A DNA stretch of 64,000 bases from Parcubacteria group bacterium Gr01-1014_20 (lineage in GTDB: Bacteria; Patescibacteriota; Minisyncoccia; UBA6257; 2-01-FULL-56-20), in the NCBI GenBank assembly GCA_007376265.1, contig VMFW01000002.1, positions 13,970 to 77,969 on the forward strand, in the 5' to 3' direction. Shown here in pieces: positions 38,885 to 48,581 of the stretch (position 1 is its first letter; the number at the start of each line of letters is the position of its first letter). The notes below the pieces were generated by a model. The model was not told the DNA's origin. It did not search any database and worked only from the letters and a program-made list of their open reading frames with translations. A program made the position numbers and the translations under genes.

Positions 38885-38995
38885 CTCAGCAAAAATTTTT
38901 ATTTTTGAGAAGCTATCGGAGGTAACGTAGGTGGCCGAGATGCAGGCAAATTTTCAGTAGAAAATTATGCCGGTTCTCAAAAAGAAAAGTTTGAG
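38885..38995 (+). repeat. Structured intergenic element, copy C (shortened)
   Basis: TTTATTTTTGAGAAGCTATCGGAGG..CCGAGATGCAGGCA-hairpin-TGCCGGTTCTCAAAAAG; same skeleton as copies A and B. Confidence 0.7.
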
Positions 38996-38997
38996 CG

Positions 38998-40530
38998 TTA
39001 TTCGTATTCGACAGTCGCCGGTGGTTTTTGAGTAACATCGTACAAAACTCTATTCACTCCCCGCACTTCGCGCACAATTCGACTAGAAACCTTCTCCAAA
39101 ACTTCAACAGGCATCTTATGCCAATCCGCACTCATCCCGTCCACCGAATCGACCGCCCGAAGTGAAATCATGTATTCATAAGTTCTTGCGTCCCCCATCA
39201 CTCCAACTGTTTTTAGTGGCAGAAGCACCGCAAACGCCTGCCAAATTTTTTCATACTCACCCGCTCCCTCGAGCTCTTCCATATAGATACTATCGGCCTC
39301 TCTCAAAATCCTTAGTCTATCTGGTGTCACTTCACCAACAATTCGCACCGCTAGTCCCGGCCCCGGAAAAGGATGCCGCCACAAAAGATCCTTCGGCAAA
39401 CCCAAAAGCTTTCCCAACCTCCTAACTTCATCTTTATATAAGTCGCGAATCGGTTCAACTACCTCAAAACCCAATTTGGCCGGCAAAGTTAAGTTGTGAT
39501 GGCTTTTTATTTTTGAAGCGTGCCCACCTGGCTCGGCTGACTCAATCCTGTCCGGATAAATCGTTCCTTGGGCAAAGTATTTTATCTTGTGCTTAGATAA
39601 CTTAGTTTTTATGAACTTCTCAAAAACCTCAATAAAAGTGTGACCGATGATTTTTCGTTTCTTTTCCGGATCGGTCACCCCCTGAAGCCTTTTTAAGAAA
39701 AGATCTTTCGCTCCAAGTAGATGAAAATTCTTTAGCCTAAGATCCTTAAATACCTTTACAACTTGTTCTGCCTCACCTTTGCGAAGTAGTCCCGTATCCA
39801 CAAAAACCGCATGGCAGCTTCCTCCAACTGCCTCATTCAATAGCGTCGCCACCACGAGTGAATCAACCCCACCTGAAACCCCAACCAATATGTGATTTTC
39901 GCCAATTTTCCTCTTGAGCGACTGGGTTAAACCGCTTCTAACCGAGGCAATTTTCCAGTCTTGTTTAGCCCTACAAACCTGAAAAACAAAGTTCGAAATT
40001 ATCCTTATGCCACTTACCGTGTGGGTCACCTCCGGGTGAAACTGAACCCCCCAAATCCGCCTCTTAAGGTCCGCAACTCCAGCATTTGGACAACCCAAAG
40101 TCGAAGCTAATCTTATAAAACCTTTAGGTAACCCAGTAACCTGATCACCGTGCGAGAACCAAACTGTTTCTTCTTTTGAAAGTCCTAAAAAAATTCCTGT
40201 TCTATCCAAAACACTCAAAGTTTCCTTTCCAAACTCCCTTCTCGTTCCGGCCTTAACTTTTCCACCCAACATCTCGGCTATCACCTGCTCGCCATAACAA
40301 ATTCCCAAAATTGGAACTCCTAAATCAAAAATTCTCCTGTCGGGTCTCGGACTACCTTTTTCTAGAACCGATGCCGGCCCACCTGACAGAATTATACCCG
40401 CTGGCTTTAATTCCTGAATCTTCAAGGCGGGAACATCAAAACGCAAAATCTCGGCCCGAACGCCGAGATCTCTTACTCTCCTCGCAATTAAATGCGCAAA
40501 CTGGCTACCGAAATTTAATACTAATACCAT
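38998..40530 (-). CDS. guaA: GMP synthase (glutamine-hydrolysing)
   Basis: FGSQ, SGGP.SV, GICYG, QFHPEV, SGGVDS, IKSHHN, RHPFPGPGL, KPPATVE.E. Confidence 0.96.
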   Translation of the reverse strand: MVLVLNFGSQFAHLIARRVRDLGVRAEILRFDVPALKIQELKPAGIILSGGPASVLEKGSPRPDRRIFDLGVPILGICYGEQVIAEMLGGKVKAGTRREFGKETLSVLDRTGIFLGLSKEETVWFSHGDQVTGLPKGFIRLASTLGCPNAGVADLKRRIWGVQFHPEVTHTVSGIRIISNFVFQVCRAKQDWKIASVRSGLTQSLKRKIGENHILVGVSGGVDSLVVATLLNEAVGGSCHAVFVDTGLLRKGEAEQVVKVFKDLRLKNFHLLGAKDLFLKRLQGVTDPEKKRKIIGHTFIEVFEKFIKTKLSKHKIKYFAQGTIYPDRIESAEPGGHASKIKSHHNLTLPAKLGFEVVEPIRDLYKDEVRRLGKLLGLPKDLLWRHPFPGPGLAVRIVGEVTPDRLRILREADSIYMEELEGAGEYEKIWQAFAVLLPLKTVGVMGDARTYEYMISLRAVDSVDGMSADWHKMPVEVLEKVSSRIVREVRGVNRVLYDVTQKPPATVEYE

Positions 40531-40571
40531 ACTCAACTGTATCAAAAATCCGTTGAAAATCAAACCAAAAA

Positions 40572-41432
40572 CTACTCCTGTGAATTCTGAGGGCTCGGCA
40601 CATCAACCAGTCCAAACTCTGCCGAAATATCCAAACTCACTCGTGCGTAACTTTTGTTTTTAGAAATCTTAGTCCACCTAACTTCGTCCACCACTTCTCC
40701 ATTCGCGTTTAAAGTTATCAAAGAATTATTTTCGTAAGCGAGCTCGTACGACTTCGGCCAAAAAATATCCGGCGTCACTTTCCCGCGATACTCCTCGCTC
40801 ACCATCAAAAAGTATTTTCGGCTCGGAATAATTTTACCCTGAAATCTTTTCGAAGAGATCAAAACCGATTCCGTCCCACTCGCGCTTTTTTTCTTGACCG
40901 ACCAGCCCGTTAAATCCACCGAAGTCTCATTCGGGTTGTAAATTTCCACAAATTCGTCGTCCGTTGAAGCACTCGACCCCACGGCCACCTCGGTGATAAA
41001 AACTTTTTGAAGAACTGCGACGCGATTGCTCTCGCTTACAGTCGGAAGTTTCGTGTTTGATTCACTGCTCACCGTTTCTCTCGCAAAAGTTTTCATCTCA
41101 AAACTACTGGGATTTGAGAGTTTCTCCCTTGAAGTGTTCGAGGGCGCGGCGCCACGAGCGGCTGAATCCGAATTGGCAGTATTTCCATCTTCAATTCCAT
41201 CCTTTTCATTTCCCAACTCGCTAAGATCAAGTTCATAAATCGATTTTTCATGCCTTACTCCAAAAACATCCTGCAAGGTTTGAGAAATCGAAGCCGAAAA
41301 ATTCGATAATAGGTAATTTCGATCAGAAAATTTTACAACTAAGAAGACAGCGAGTATCACAACTACAAAACCGCCAACTCCAAACAAAAATTTCGACTGC
41401 TTCCAAGTTTTCTTATCTTCAAAACCCTCCAT
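40572..41432 (-). CDS. Membrane-anchored lamin-tail-domain protein
   Basis: TM helix; VFITEV..DEFVEIYNP...VDLTGW. Confidence 0.85.
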   Translation of the reverse strand: MEGFEDKKTWKQSKFLFGVGGFVVVILAVFLVVKFSDRNYLLSNFSASISQTLQDVFGVRHEKSIYELDLSELGNEKDGIEDGNTANSDSAARGAAPSNTSREKLSNPSSFEMKTFARETVSSESNTKLPTVSESNRVAVLQKVFITEVAVGSSASTDDEFVEIYNPNETSVDLTGWSVKKKSASGTESVLISSKRFQGKIIPSRKYFLMVSEEYRGKVTPDIFWPKSYELAYENNSLITLNANGEVVDEVRWTKISKNKSYARVSLDISAEFGLVDVPSPQNSQE

Positions 41433-41762
41433 TTGCCAAAAATTAGAGAAAATTTTTTAAAGTCTAACTCCTCAAAAACCTGTCAATAGGAAAAAGGACC
41501 TCCCCCCACCAAGCGGGCAACCCTGTCGCCAAACGCCACCTTTGAAACGTCAGGTTTTACAGACTCCAAGCCCGAGTCCACTCCCAAATAATACTTACTT
41601 CCACCCGAGTCGGCAAATTTTTGAGAGTTATCCCCAAAGTGGGAAATTTTCGGCACTTTGCTCGGTGGTAAACTTATCGGGTGCAAAAATTCTTGCCCTG
41701 CGAGATGGCAAAAAAATAGAAAAAATAAAAAGTCGTCGGCAAAGTAAAAAGATATAAAAATC

Positions 41763-44060
41763 ATGTTCACCAAAAAGCATCACTTCGCTGAAGTGAGAAA
41801 AAGGGACGGTCGCATCGCTCCGTTTGATCAAAGTCGAATCACTAGAGCCATCTCGCGCGCCATGCAAGCCGTGAATGAAGGCGATCCAATCAAGGATGCG
41901 GAACGGGTCACCGAACAAGTCATGGCGACATTATCAAAAAAATACCCCGAAGGGGTGCTTCCCGGTATCGAAGGCATCCAGGACGTCGTTGAATCGCAAT
42001 TAATCTTGATGGATTTCGCCAAAACCGCTAAAGCCTACATTCTCTATCGAAGTGAAAGATCAAAAATCAGGAACCAAAAACGCGACATCCCTGAAAATAT
42101 TAAAAAGCTCGCCGACGAAAGCAAAAAACATTTTAGAAACCCGCTTGCTGAATTTATCTACTACCGCACCTACTCACGTTGGATAGAAAACGAAGGCCGC
42201 CGAGAAACCTGGATCGAAACGGTTGATCGTTATATGCATTTCATGATTGAAAATTTGGGAAATAAACTGGACGACCAAGAATACTCTGATGTCCGGGAAG
42301 CAATTCTGCGCCAAGAAGTAATGCCGTCGATGCGCCTCATGTGGGCCGCTGGCAAAGCGGCAAGAAGTTCAAATGTTGCCGCATTCAACTGTTCCTACAT
42401 CGCCCCATCAAAAATCGAAGACTTCGCCGAGATTATGTACATCTTAATGTGCGGCACGGGCGTTGGTTTCTCGGTTGAATCTCAAACCGTTCAAGAACTT
42501 CCCCAAATCAAAAAAAGAAACGGTCATCCTATCAAAATTCATGAATACGTAATCGAAGACTCCAAAGAAGGTTGGGCTGACGCTTTCACTTTTGGACTCA
42601 AAGCCTGGTGGAATGCGGAGGATGTAAAATTTGATTATTCAAAAATTCGTGCGGCCGGGGAAAGACTTCACACTATGGGTGGCCGAAGCTCCGGCCCCGA
42701 ACCCCTTCGAGCCCTCCTTGAATTTTCTCGGCACAAAATTTTATCTAAACAAGGCAAGCGTCTTTCCAACATCGACGTCCACGACGTTATTTGTAAAACC
42801 GGCGAAGTTGTCGTAATGGGCGGGGTCAGAAGATCAGCTCTAATCTCTCTCTCCGACCTAGATGATCCCGAAATGCGCGATGCCAAAAAAGGCGCCTTCT
42901 ACAACAAAGAACCCCAAAGAGCGTTGGCCAATAATTCTGCCGCCTACAACGAAAAACCGACCGCCACCCAATTCATGGAAGAGTGGTTGGCGCTCGCCCA
43001 AAGCGGTTCTGGTGAGCGGGGCATTTTCAACCGCGGCGGACTAAAAAAACAACTGCCGGAACGCCGCTGGAAAGTTTTTGAAGAAGACTCGCACACCTCC
43101 GGCACTAATCCCTGCGGTGAAATCGTCCTAAAGTCAAAGGAATTCTGCAATCTCTCCGAAGTAGTCTGTCGTCTCGAAGACACAGAAGATACATTGCTCA
43201 GAAAGACTCGTTTGGCCACCATTTTAGGTACCTATCAGTCCACCCTGACCAATTTTCCCTACCTTTCAAAGGACTGGAAGAAAAACTGCGACGAGGAGCG
43301 TCTCCTGGGCGTCTCTATTACTGGCCAGTGGGATTCTCCTGGCGTGAGAAACCCCGAAACCCTCAAAAAAATGAAGGCGGAAGCCATCAAAACCAATCAA
43401 GAGTTTGCCAAAAAGATGGGCGTGAATATTTCAACCTGCATCACCTGCGTGAAACCATCCGGCACCGTCTCCCAATTAGTTGATGCCTCCTCCGGTGGCC
43501 ACGCCCGCCATGCCAAACACTACATCCGGCGCGTCCGCATTGCCGCAACCGACACCCTCTTCCAGATGATGAAGGACCAAAAAGTTACTTACTACCCCGA
43601 AGTCGGCCAAACCGCCGGCGCGGCTAGCACCTATGTTTTAGAATTTCCAGTTAAAGCGCCGGAGGGTTCAGTTTTCAAAAACGACTTAACCGCCAAACAA
43701 CAACTCGAACACTGGAAGATGGTTAAGGAAAATTTCACCGAGCACAATCCCTCCGTCACCATCTCCGTTGGCGACAACGAATGGATTGGCGTTTCAAACT
43801 GGCTTTATGATAATTGGGATATGCTGGGCGGCCTATCCTTCCTCCCTCGCGACAACCACGTCTACGCTCTCGCCCCCTACGAAGAAATTACTGAAGAGCG
43901 CTACGAGGAAATGATGAGCAAATTCCCGGAAATCGATTTCTCTCAAATCATTATTTACGAACACGACGATCAAACCCAAGGCGCCAAAGAATTGGCTTGT
44001 GTCTCTGGCGTCTGCGAAATAGACTCTGTCCCTACCGAAAAGAACATGGTCAGCATCTAA
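41763..44060 (+). CDS. nrdJ: Class II (adenosylcobalamin-dependent) ribonucleotide reductase with ATP-cone
   Basis: VRKRDG ATP-cone, RTYSR, FNC, GGVRRSA, TNPCGEI, CVKPSGT, C-terminal CVSGVC. Confidence 0.92.
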   Translation: MFTKKHHFAEVRKRDGRIAPFDQSRITRAISRAMQAVNEGDPIKDAERVTEQVMATLSKKYPEGVLPGIEGIQDVVESQLILMDFAKTAKAYILYRSERSKIRNQKRDIPENIKKLADESKKHFRNPLAEFIYYRTYSRWIENEGRRETWIETVDRYMHFMIENLGNKLDDQEYSDVREAILRQEVMPSMRLMWAAGKAARSSNVAAFNCSYIAPSKIEDFAEIMYILMCGTGVGFSVESQTVQELPQIKKRNGHPIKIHEYVIEDSKEGWADAFTFGLKAWWNAEDVKFDYSKIRAAGERLHTMGGRSSGPEPLRALLEFSRHKILSKQGKRLSNIDVHDVICKTGEVVVMGGVRRSALISLSDLDDPEMRDAKKGAFYNKEPQRALANNSAAYNEKPTATQFMEEWLALAQSGSGERGIFNRGGLKKQLPERRWKVFEEDSHTSGTNPCGEIVLKSKEFCNLSEVVCRLEDTEDTLLRKTRLATILGTYQSTLTNFPYLSKDWKKNCDEERLLGVSITGQWDSPGVRNPETLKKMKAEAIKTNQEFAKKMGVNISTCITCVKPSGTVSQLVDASSGGHARHAKHYIRRVRIAATDTLFQMMKDQKVTYYPEVGQTAGAASTYVLEFPVKAPEGSVFKNDLTAKQQLEHWKMVKENFTEHNPSVTISVGDNEWIGVSNWLYDNWDMLGGLSFLPRDNHVYALAPYEEITEERYEEMMSKFPEIDFSQIIIYEHDDQTQGAKELACVSGVCEIDSVPTEKNMVSI

Positions 44061-44087
44061 GCGCCAAAATCTAGAACCAACAAGTTC

Positions 44088-45053
44088 CTAGAGGACCGCC
44101 GCTACCGCCTCGACCAGCTCATTGTTGAAAACAACAACCCATAAAATAATGAGTAACATAAACACCCCGTTCAAGATAAGATCGGGGTGTTGAATTTTTA
44201 TTTTTATTAGAATCTTCAAAAGCAAGGCAAAGCCCACCACAGCGGCAAATATCAAGTAAACATAATTCGTAAGAGTTTTAGGTTGCGACGCTATGCGTTC
44301 GATGGGAGATGCTAAAGACAAAACCGGGGTCTCTAGGACATCGCTAATTTTGTCGTCGATAAACTCTGCCCCCTGAACCGCAACGAAAGTTTCACTTGGG
44401 TGGGCGGCAATCTGATTTTCCTCTGGGCTAACTTCGCGAGGAGGTACAGTCAAAACAACTTGAAGTTCCTCCGAAATAACTGCCGGCATCGGTCGGCCAA
44501 AAAATTGCACCACAAAAAATGCGTTCCTCCCTTCATACAAACCCTCGGCTACGCCAATCCCAACTTCAGTAAAATGATTGTTTAGTATATTCGCTCGATG
44601 GGTTGGTGAGGCCAGCCACGCGTTAGTTACCTCTCTCGAGTCAGTAAAATTGATGGCTAGATTCTCTCCCGCGTAAACAAAATTATAATCAGCTTGATCA
44701 AACCAATACCAGGGCGTAACCCCTTCTGGGCTTACGTGGGCAAAATACCCCCTCGCCGCCATATCTTCTGCCTTCATTTGTGCCCCTTTAGCGAGATTGG
44801 GGTCCAATTTAAGTAAAACTAGACTTTGACCTCCTCTCGCCTCATTCGCGTAATCCACCAATACGTTTGGAAGAATCGCTGCCAGAAATTTAGACTGGGG
44901 AAAAACCAGAAAGTTTCCTAAAAGAAACAGGGTTTCAAATATTACAAGTAGGGCAATCGCGTAAACGACCCTTTCCCTTCTCAAGAAATGTGGACGATGG
45001 TCATTCTCAGCGTGGGGAATAAAATATTTTTTGAATAGTTGTTTTAGATCCAT
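44088..45053 (-). CDS. CAP (SCP-like) domain membrane protein
   Basis: KAEDM...YFAH.SP, AGENLA, W.ASPTHRANIL, VVQFFG. Confidence 0.9.
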   Translation of the reverse strand: MDLKQLFKKYFIPHAENDHRPHFLRRERVVYAIALLVIFETLFLLGNFLVFPQSKFLAAILPNVLVDYANEARGGQSLVLLKLDPNLAKGAQMKAEDMAARGYFAHVSPEGVTPWYWFDQADYNFVYAGENLAINFTDSREVTNAWLASPTHRANILNNHFTEVGIGVAEGLYEGRNAFFVVQFFGRPMPAVISEELQVVLTVPPREVSPEENQIAAHPSETFVAVQGAEFIDDKISDVLETPVLSLASPIERIASQPKTLTNYVYLIFAAVVGFALLLKILIKIKIQHPDLILNGVFMLLIILWVVVFNNELVEAVAAVL

Positions 45054-45110
45054 AAAACTAATCTAGCGGAGAACGCTCTCCCTTACTTTATACTACAAAT
45101 TATGAAAAAA

Positions 45111-45141
45111 AGCAACCCCTAGTAAGATCCTAGGGGTTGCT
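45111..45141 (-). terminator. Intrinsic terminator
   Basis: AGCAACCCCTAG..CTAGGGGTTGCT with an adjacent A-tract. Confidence 0.75.
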
Positions 45142-45158
45142 ATAGCTTCGATTTCTTC

Positions 45159-47540
45159 TTACGGCAAAAGTGGAATCGGTAGATTGAGCGCTGGGCAAGC
45201 CAAGTTGTTGAGAGCCCGACGGGTTGTTTTGTAAACATACCCAGTTGAACTCGTGCCGTCATGACCAAATGGAACCCAAGGAAGAAGTACGTCTTTAGCA
45301 TTCTTCACTTGGAACCTTCGAACCGCCCCTTCCGTCAAAGAACCATAGAAACCCGTGAGCGGAAGACTTTCGCCCTCAAAGTTATTCAAAAACTCCTGGA
45401 GTTTTACAACTTGAAGTATGTCATTATTCGCTCCTCTCCTAATAAAAGAGCCTAGATGCACGCCACAAGTTGTACTGTCACCCAAGACCTGACCAATGGG
45501 GGTTCCCGTGTTTACACCAAGCACCTCTCCGCTCGGAGCCGAACCTCCCCCACCCCCACCACCAGTAAGGATAACGGTTGGATTTTCACCACCCCCACCA
45601 CCGTTTCCACCATCGCCTCCACCACCAGTATCATCATCCCCAGGCGGCGTAACAGCCACGTCATCAAAAGTCAGTTGGCAACTCTTAGTTTCTCCGGCCG
45701 CGATCGTCCCACTGCATTCACTAGACACACCAACCGTGTAGCCAGTTAAACTCCCTGAGACCGCATAAGAACCCGGCGCCAAGGTCACCTCGGTTGGAGA
45801 AGTGTTTCCCGGAAAGCTAGGGTTCGAAACATCAGTTCCGGTTACAGTGACTCCAGCATCGGAAGGAAGCTTCACCCCTCCATCGTTATTCGTCATCCCC
45901 ACCGTGACGTTGAGTTTAGGCATGAAAGCGGAGCAATCTGGATCGTTTAAATCAGTAAGCTCGTCGCCATCGTTATCTTGGCTGTCAGTGCAACGTTCTA
46001 AATTATTCTCCTCCACTGTTTCAGCTACGGGGTCGTTGTTAACTATCGTACAGGTCTTGCTTTCACCAACCGCGATCGTCCCAGAACAATTTTCGCCCGA
46101 GGTTTTCAAGTAACCAAAACTGTCTTCCTCGTCCACTGAATAAATTCCCGGCAAAAGCGTGACTAAAGTTCCCGCGCCCGATCCAGCGAAGGAGGGAGTG
46201 GAGACGCCAGTTCCCGTAACCATTAAAGTGAAATCGGAAGCTAATTTTACGCCACCGTTGTCATTTATTACCTCTTTAATAACCGTAAGTCTAGGCAGAA
46301 AAGACGAGCAGTCGGGATCGTTTAAATCCACCAACTCATCGTCATCATTATCTTCACCGTCAGTGCAGAACTCCAAAGTATTTTCCTCTCCCGGCTCAAC
46401 CACCGCAACGTCATCATTGGTAATGGTACAGGTTCTTGAATCACCGATTCCGATACTCCCAGAGCAATCAGCGCTCAAAGATTTGCTATAGCCCTGCGCA
46501 TCTACTTCGTCCACGCTGTAAGAACCAGGATCGAGCGTAATTACAGTCCCCACCTCCGAACCGGGAAAGCTCGAAGGGTTAGCGTCAGAGCCAATCACCG
46601 AGATTGTGAAATCGGAAGCTAATTTTACTCCGCCGTTGTCATTAATAACGTGTTTCACAACCGTGAGTTTTGGAATAAACGTGCTACAATCCGGATCGTC
46701 AAGATCCACCCTACTATCATTGTCGTTGTCAATCGTATCCGAGCAAAGCAAGAGGGTGTTTTCCACCGCTTGTACCACCACCCTCACCGTTCTCTGAGCA
46801 CTAGCCCAAACCTCCTGGGAGTCTAGGACCATATAGGTCCGAATGTAATCACCCAAAACGCCGGTGTTAACCGCGCCGCTCGCAAGAATACCAGAAGTTA
46901 AATCCCCGTCCTCTGAATCTAAAGCGGTGGCTCCTGGATCAGTAAAAATAGAACTCTGAGATACAATAAGGGGGTTGTCACCCAAAAGAGTGATGACTGG
47001 TGGCAAATTCTCTCCGTTGTCATCGGGATCAGAACACCCATCATCATTCGAATCAACTTCACCATCGCCATCGTTATCAAGCGCATCGGAGCACTGTGGA
47101 GGAATAACAACCGTGATGGTAACGACCGCATCACCCGACGCCTCCGCGCCCGGTGGATTGCCATGGTAAATCTTTGCCGTCACACCATAAGTTCCTGCGC
47201 TATTATATTGATGCGAATTACTCCAGGAACCAGAGAAGTTGCTACCGGAGCCAATCAAGCTTAGGGGCGAAGTGTTGCTTACCAATCCATCACCCCATCG
47301 AACTTGAACATTATGCTGACTAAGCTGCCCAGCAAAATTGGTTGAACTAGCTAGACCAGTCAAACTCAATATCTGATGAGCATTAACTGAGCTGTTTGTT
47401 ATTGAAATAAAGTACTCTGGCTTGGCTGCATCCGCCCTTTCACTAAATTTTAAAACCCCAAAGACTAGGCCCAAAAAAAACAATGCAAGGAACGCCCTCC
47501 TCATTGAAAAACCATCAACCTTTTTATTTAAAACACCCAT
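45159..47540 (-). CDS. Secreted surface protein: PKD-like, DUF5011-like Ig, three Ca-loop + prealbumin-like repeats, C-terminal PG-binding
   Basis: WGDG; PVITLLG.NP..DPGATA.D.EDGD; C.D..DND.D..DL.DPDC + LTV.K.VIND.GG repeats; LQEFLN..TG.YG.LT..AVRRFQ. Confidence 0.82.
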   Translation of the reverse strand: MGVLNKKVDGFSMRRAFLALFFLGLVFGVLKFSERADAAKPEYFISITNSSVNAHQILSLTGLASSTNFAGQLSQHNVQVRWGDGLVSNTSPLSLIGSGSNFSGSWSNSHQYNSAGTYGVTAKIYHGNPPGAEASGDAVVTITVVIPPQCSDALDNDGDGEVDSNDDGCSDPDDNGENLPPVITLLGDNPLIVSQSSIFTDPGATALDSEDGDLTSGILASGAVNTGVLGDYIRTYMVLDSQEVWASAQRTVRVVVQAVENTLLLCSDTIDNDNDSRVDLDDPDCSTFIPKLTVVKHVINDNGGVKLASDFTISVIGSDANPSSFPGSEVGTVITLDPGSYSVDEVDAQGYSKSLSADCSGSIGIGDSRTCTITNDDVAVVEPGEENTLEFCTDGEDNDDDELVDLNDPDCSSFLPRLTVIKEVINDNGGVKLASDFTLMVTGTGVSTPSFAGSGAGTLVTLLPGIYSVDEEDSFGYLKTSGENCSGTIAVGESKTCTIVNNDPVAETVEENNLERCTDSQDNDGDELTDLNDPDCSAFMPKLNVTVGMTNNDGGVKLPSDAGVTVTGTDVSNPSFPGNTSPTEVTLAPGSYAVSGSLTGYTVGVSSECSGTIAAGETKSCQLTFDDVAVTPPGDDDTGGGGDGGNGGGGGENPTVILTGGGGGGGSAPSGEVLGVNTGTPIGQVLGDSTTCGVHLGSFIRRGANNDILQVVKLQEFLNNFEGESLPLTGFYGSLTEGAVRRFQVKNAKDVLLPWVPFGHDGTSSTGYVYKTTRRALNNLACPALNLPIPLLP

Positions 47541-47673
47541 TGGATTTTTTATCCGTGGTTTTTTCCGACATAAAACTTATACCCCATACCCTCATAGACT
47601 GTCAAATAGCCCCCCGTTGCCAAAAAACCAAAAACCAGCTACATTAACTACCAGCAACCAAAAGGAGGGGTTT

Positions 47674-47985
47674 GTGAAAATCACTGCGCAAGCGAAGGAA
47701 AAACCAAGGAAAAGAAACACGACGAAGCCTAAGTACGCTTGGTGGATCGAACCGATTGATGACATCACCAACCAAGCCATTGTTGACGAATTGCCCACCT
47801 CAAACATCGAACTGATCGAGATTGAGGGAGAAAGAAAAAGGCGTGCCTGGCCCTGTAGTTCAGATCTGATTCATAGGCTCAAAAAAGCCATGCAGACATC
47901 CCAAATCACTCTTCGCTACTACGTTTACAATCGCCGCGGCCAGGGCCAAATTCGCCGCGTTCCCATCTTTGAACCCACCAGATAA
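47674..47985 (+). CDS. Hypothetical protein
   Basis: GTG start after AAGGAGG; W.IEP.D..TN motif; terminator follows. Confidence 0.65.
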   Translation: MKITAQAKEKPRKRNTTKPKYAWWIEPIDDITNQAIVDELPTSNIELIEIEGERKRRAWPCSSDLIHRLKKAMQTSQITLRYYVYNRRGQGQIRRVPIFEPTR

Positions 47986-47992
47986 AAAAACA

Positions 47993-48026
47993 AAAACCCG
48001 TTCCGACAATTTGTCAGAACGGGTTT
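47993..48026. terminator. Bidirectional terminator hairpin
   Basis: AAACCCGTTC..GAACGGGTTT between convergent genes. Confidence 0.7.
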
Positions 48027-48042
48027 ATTTTTTCCTTCAATC

Positions 48043-48387
48043 TCAAACTAAATGATGATCTTCGAGCGTCCAAGCCGGTGAACTAAAAACCAAAACCCTC
48101 GCTGGGTGTTCTCGGCCATAATGACTCCAAGCCGAATGCACCTGACCCGGGAAAATCTGAATCGATTGACCTTCTACAGAAAGAAGAAAAACTCGATCAT
48201 CAATTCTTACGGCTAACATACCCTCGACGAGAGTATAGGTTTCGATCATTTTTTCATGTCGGTGAGGTTTAGATTGAATAATATCAGCCACCGCAATCCC
48301 AAAACCGGTCCCGTCTCCCGAAGTCACAACCTCATACACCGTCTCGTTCCCATCCGGCGCCTCAAACTTCGACTTGTACCAAGTCAC
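48043..48387 (-). CDS. Cupin domain protein
   Basis: PHRH....E.Y....G, I.PG.VH, SPAW...D. Confidence 0.85.
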   Translation of the reverse strand: MTWYKSKFEAPDGNETVYEVVTSGDGTGFGIAVADIIQSKPHRHEKMIETYTLVEGMLAVRIDDRVFLLSVEGQSIQIFPGQVHSAWSHYGREHPARVLVFSSPAWTLEDHHLV

Positions 48388-48581
48388 ATCCTCTCCTTTT
48401 TTAGAGTGAAATTTCTGCCCCCATCATGGCACACCCACATCTAATTTTCAAATCAATTTCCATTGACAAAAATTCTTAAAAAACACAAAATAAGGCGTCT
48501 CGAAAAAAGCTCCAAACAGGAAGCCAAACGAGAAGAAGTACCTTGAAATAAAAATACTAACGGATACGAAAGGAGTAATTA

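Noticed and set aside
41433..41762. Cobalamin riboswitch upstream of nrdJ
   Set aside because: No B12-box (GCCACTG-type) or other conserved core elements visible.
45800..46770. Nucleotide repeats (e.g. GTGAAATCGGAAGCTAATTTTAC) as mobile-element ends
   Set aside because: Explained by in-frame protein domain repeats.
47422..47673. N-terminal extension of the 187-aa ORF
   Set aside because: Overlaps the divergent gene and its promoter region; the SD supports GTG 47674.
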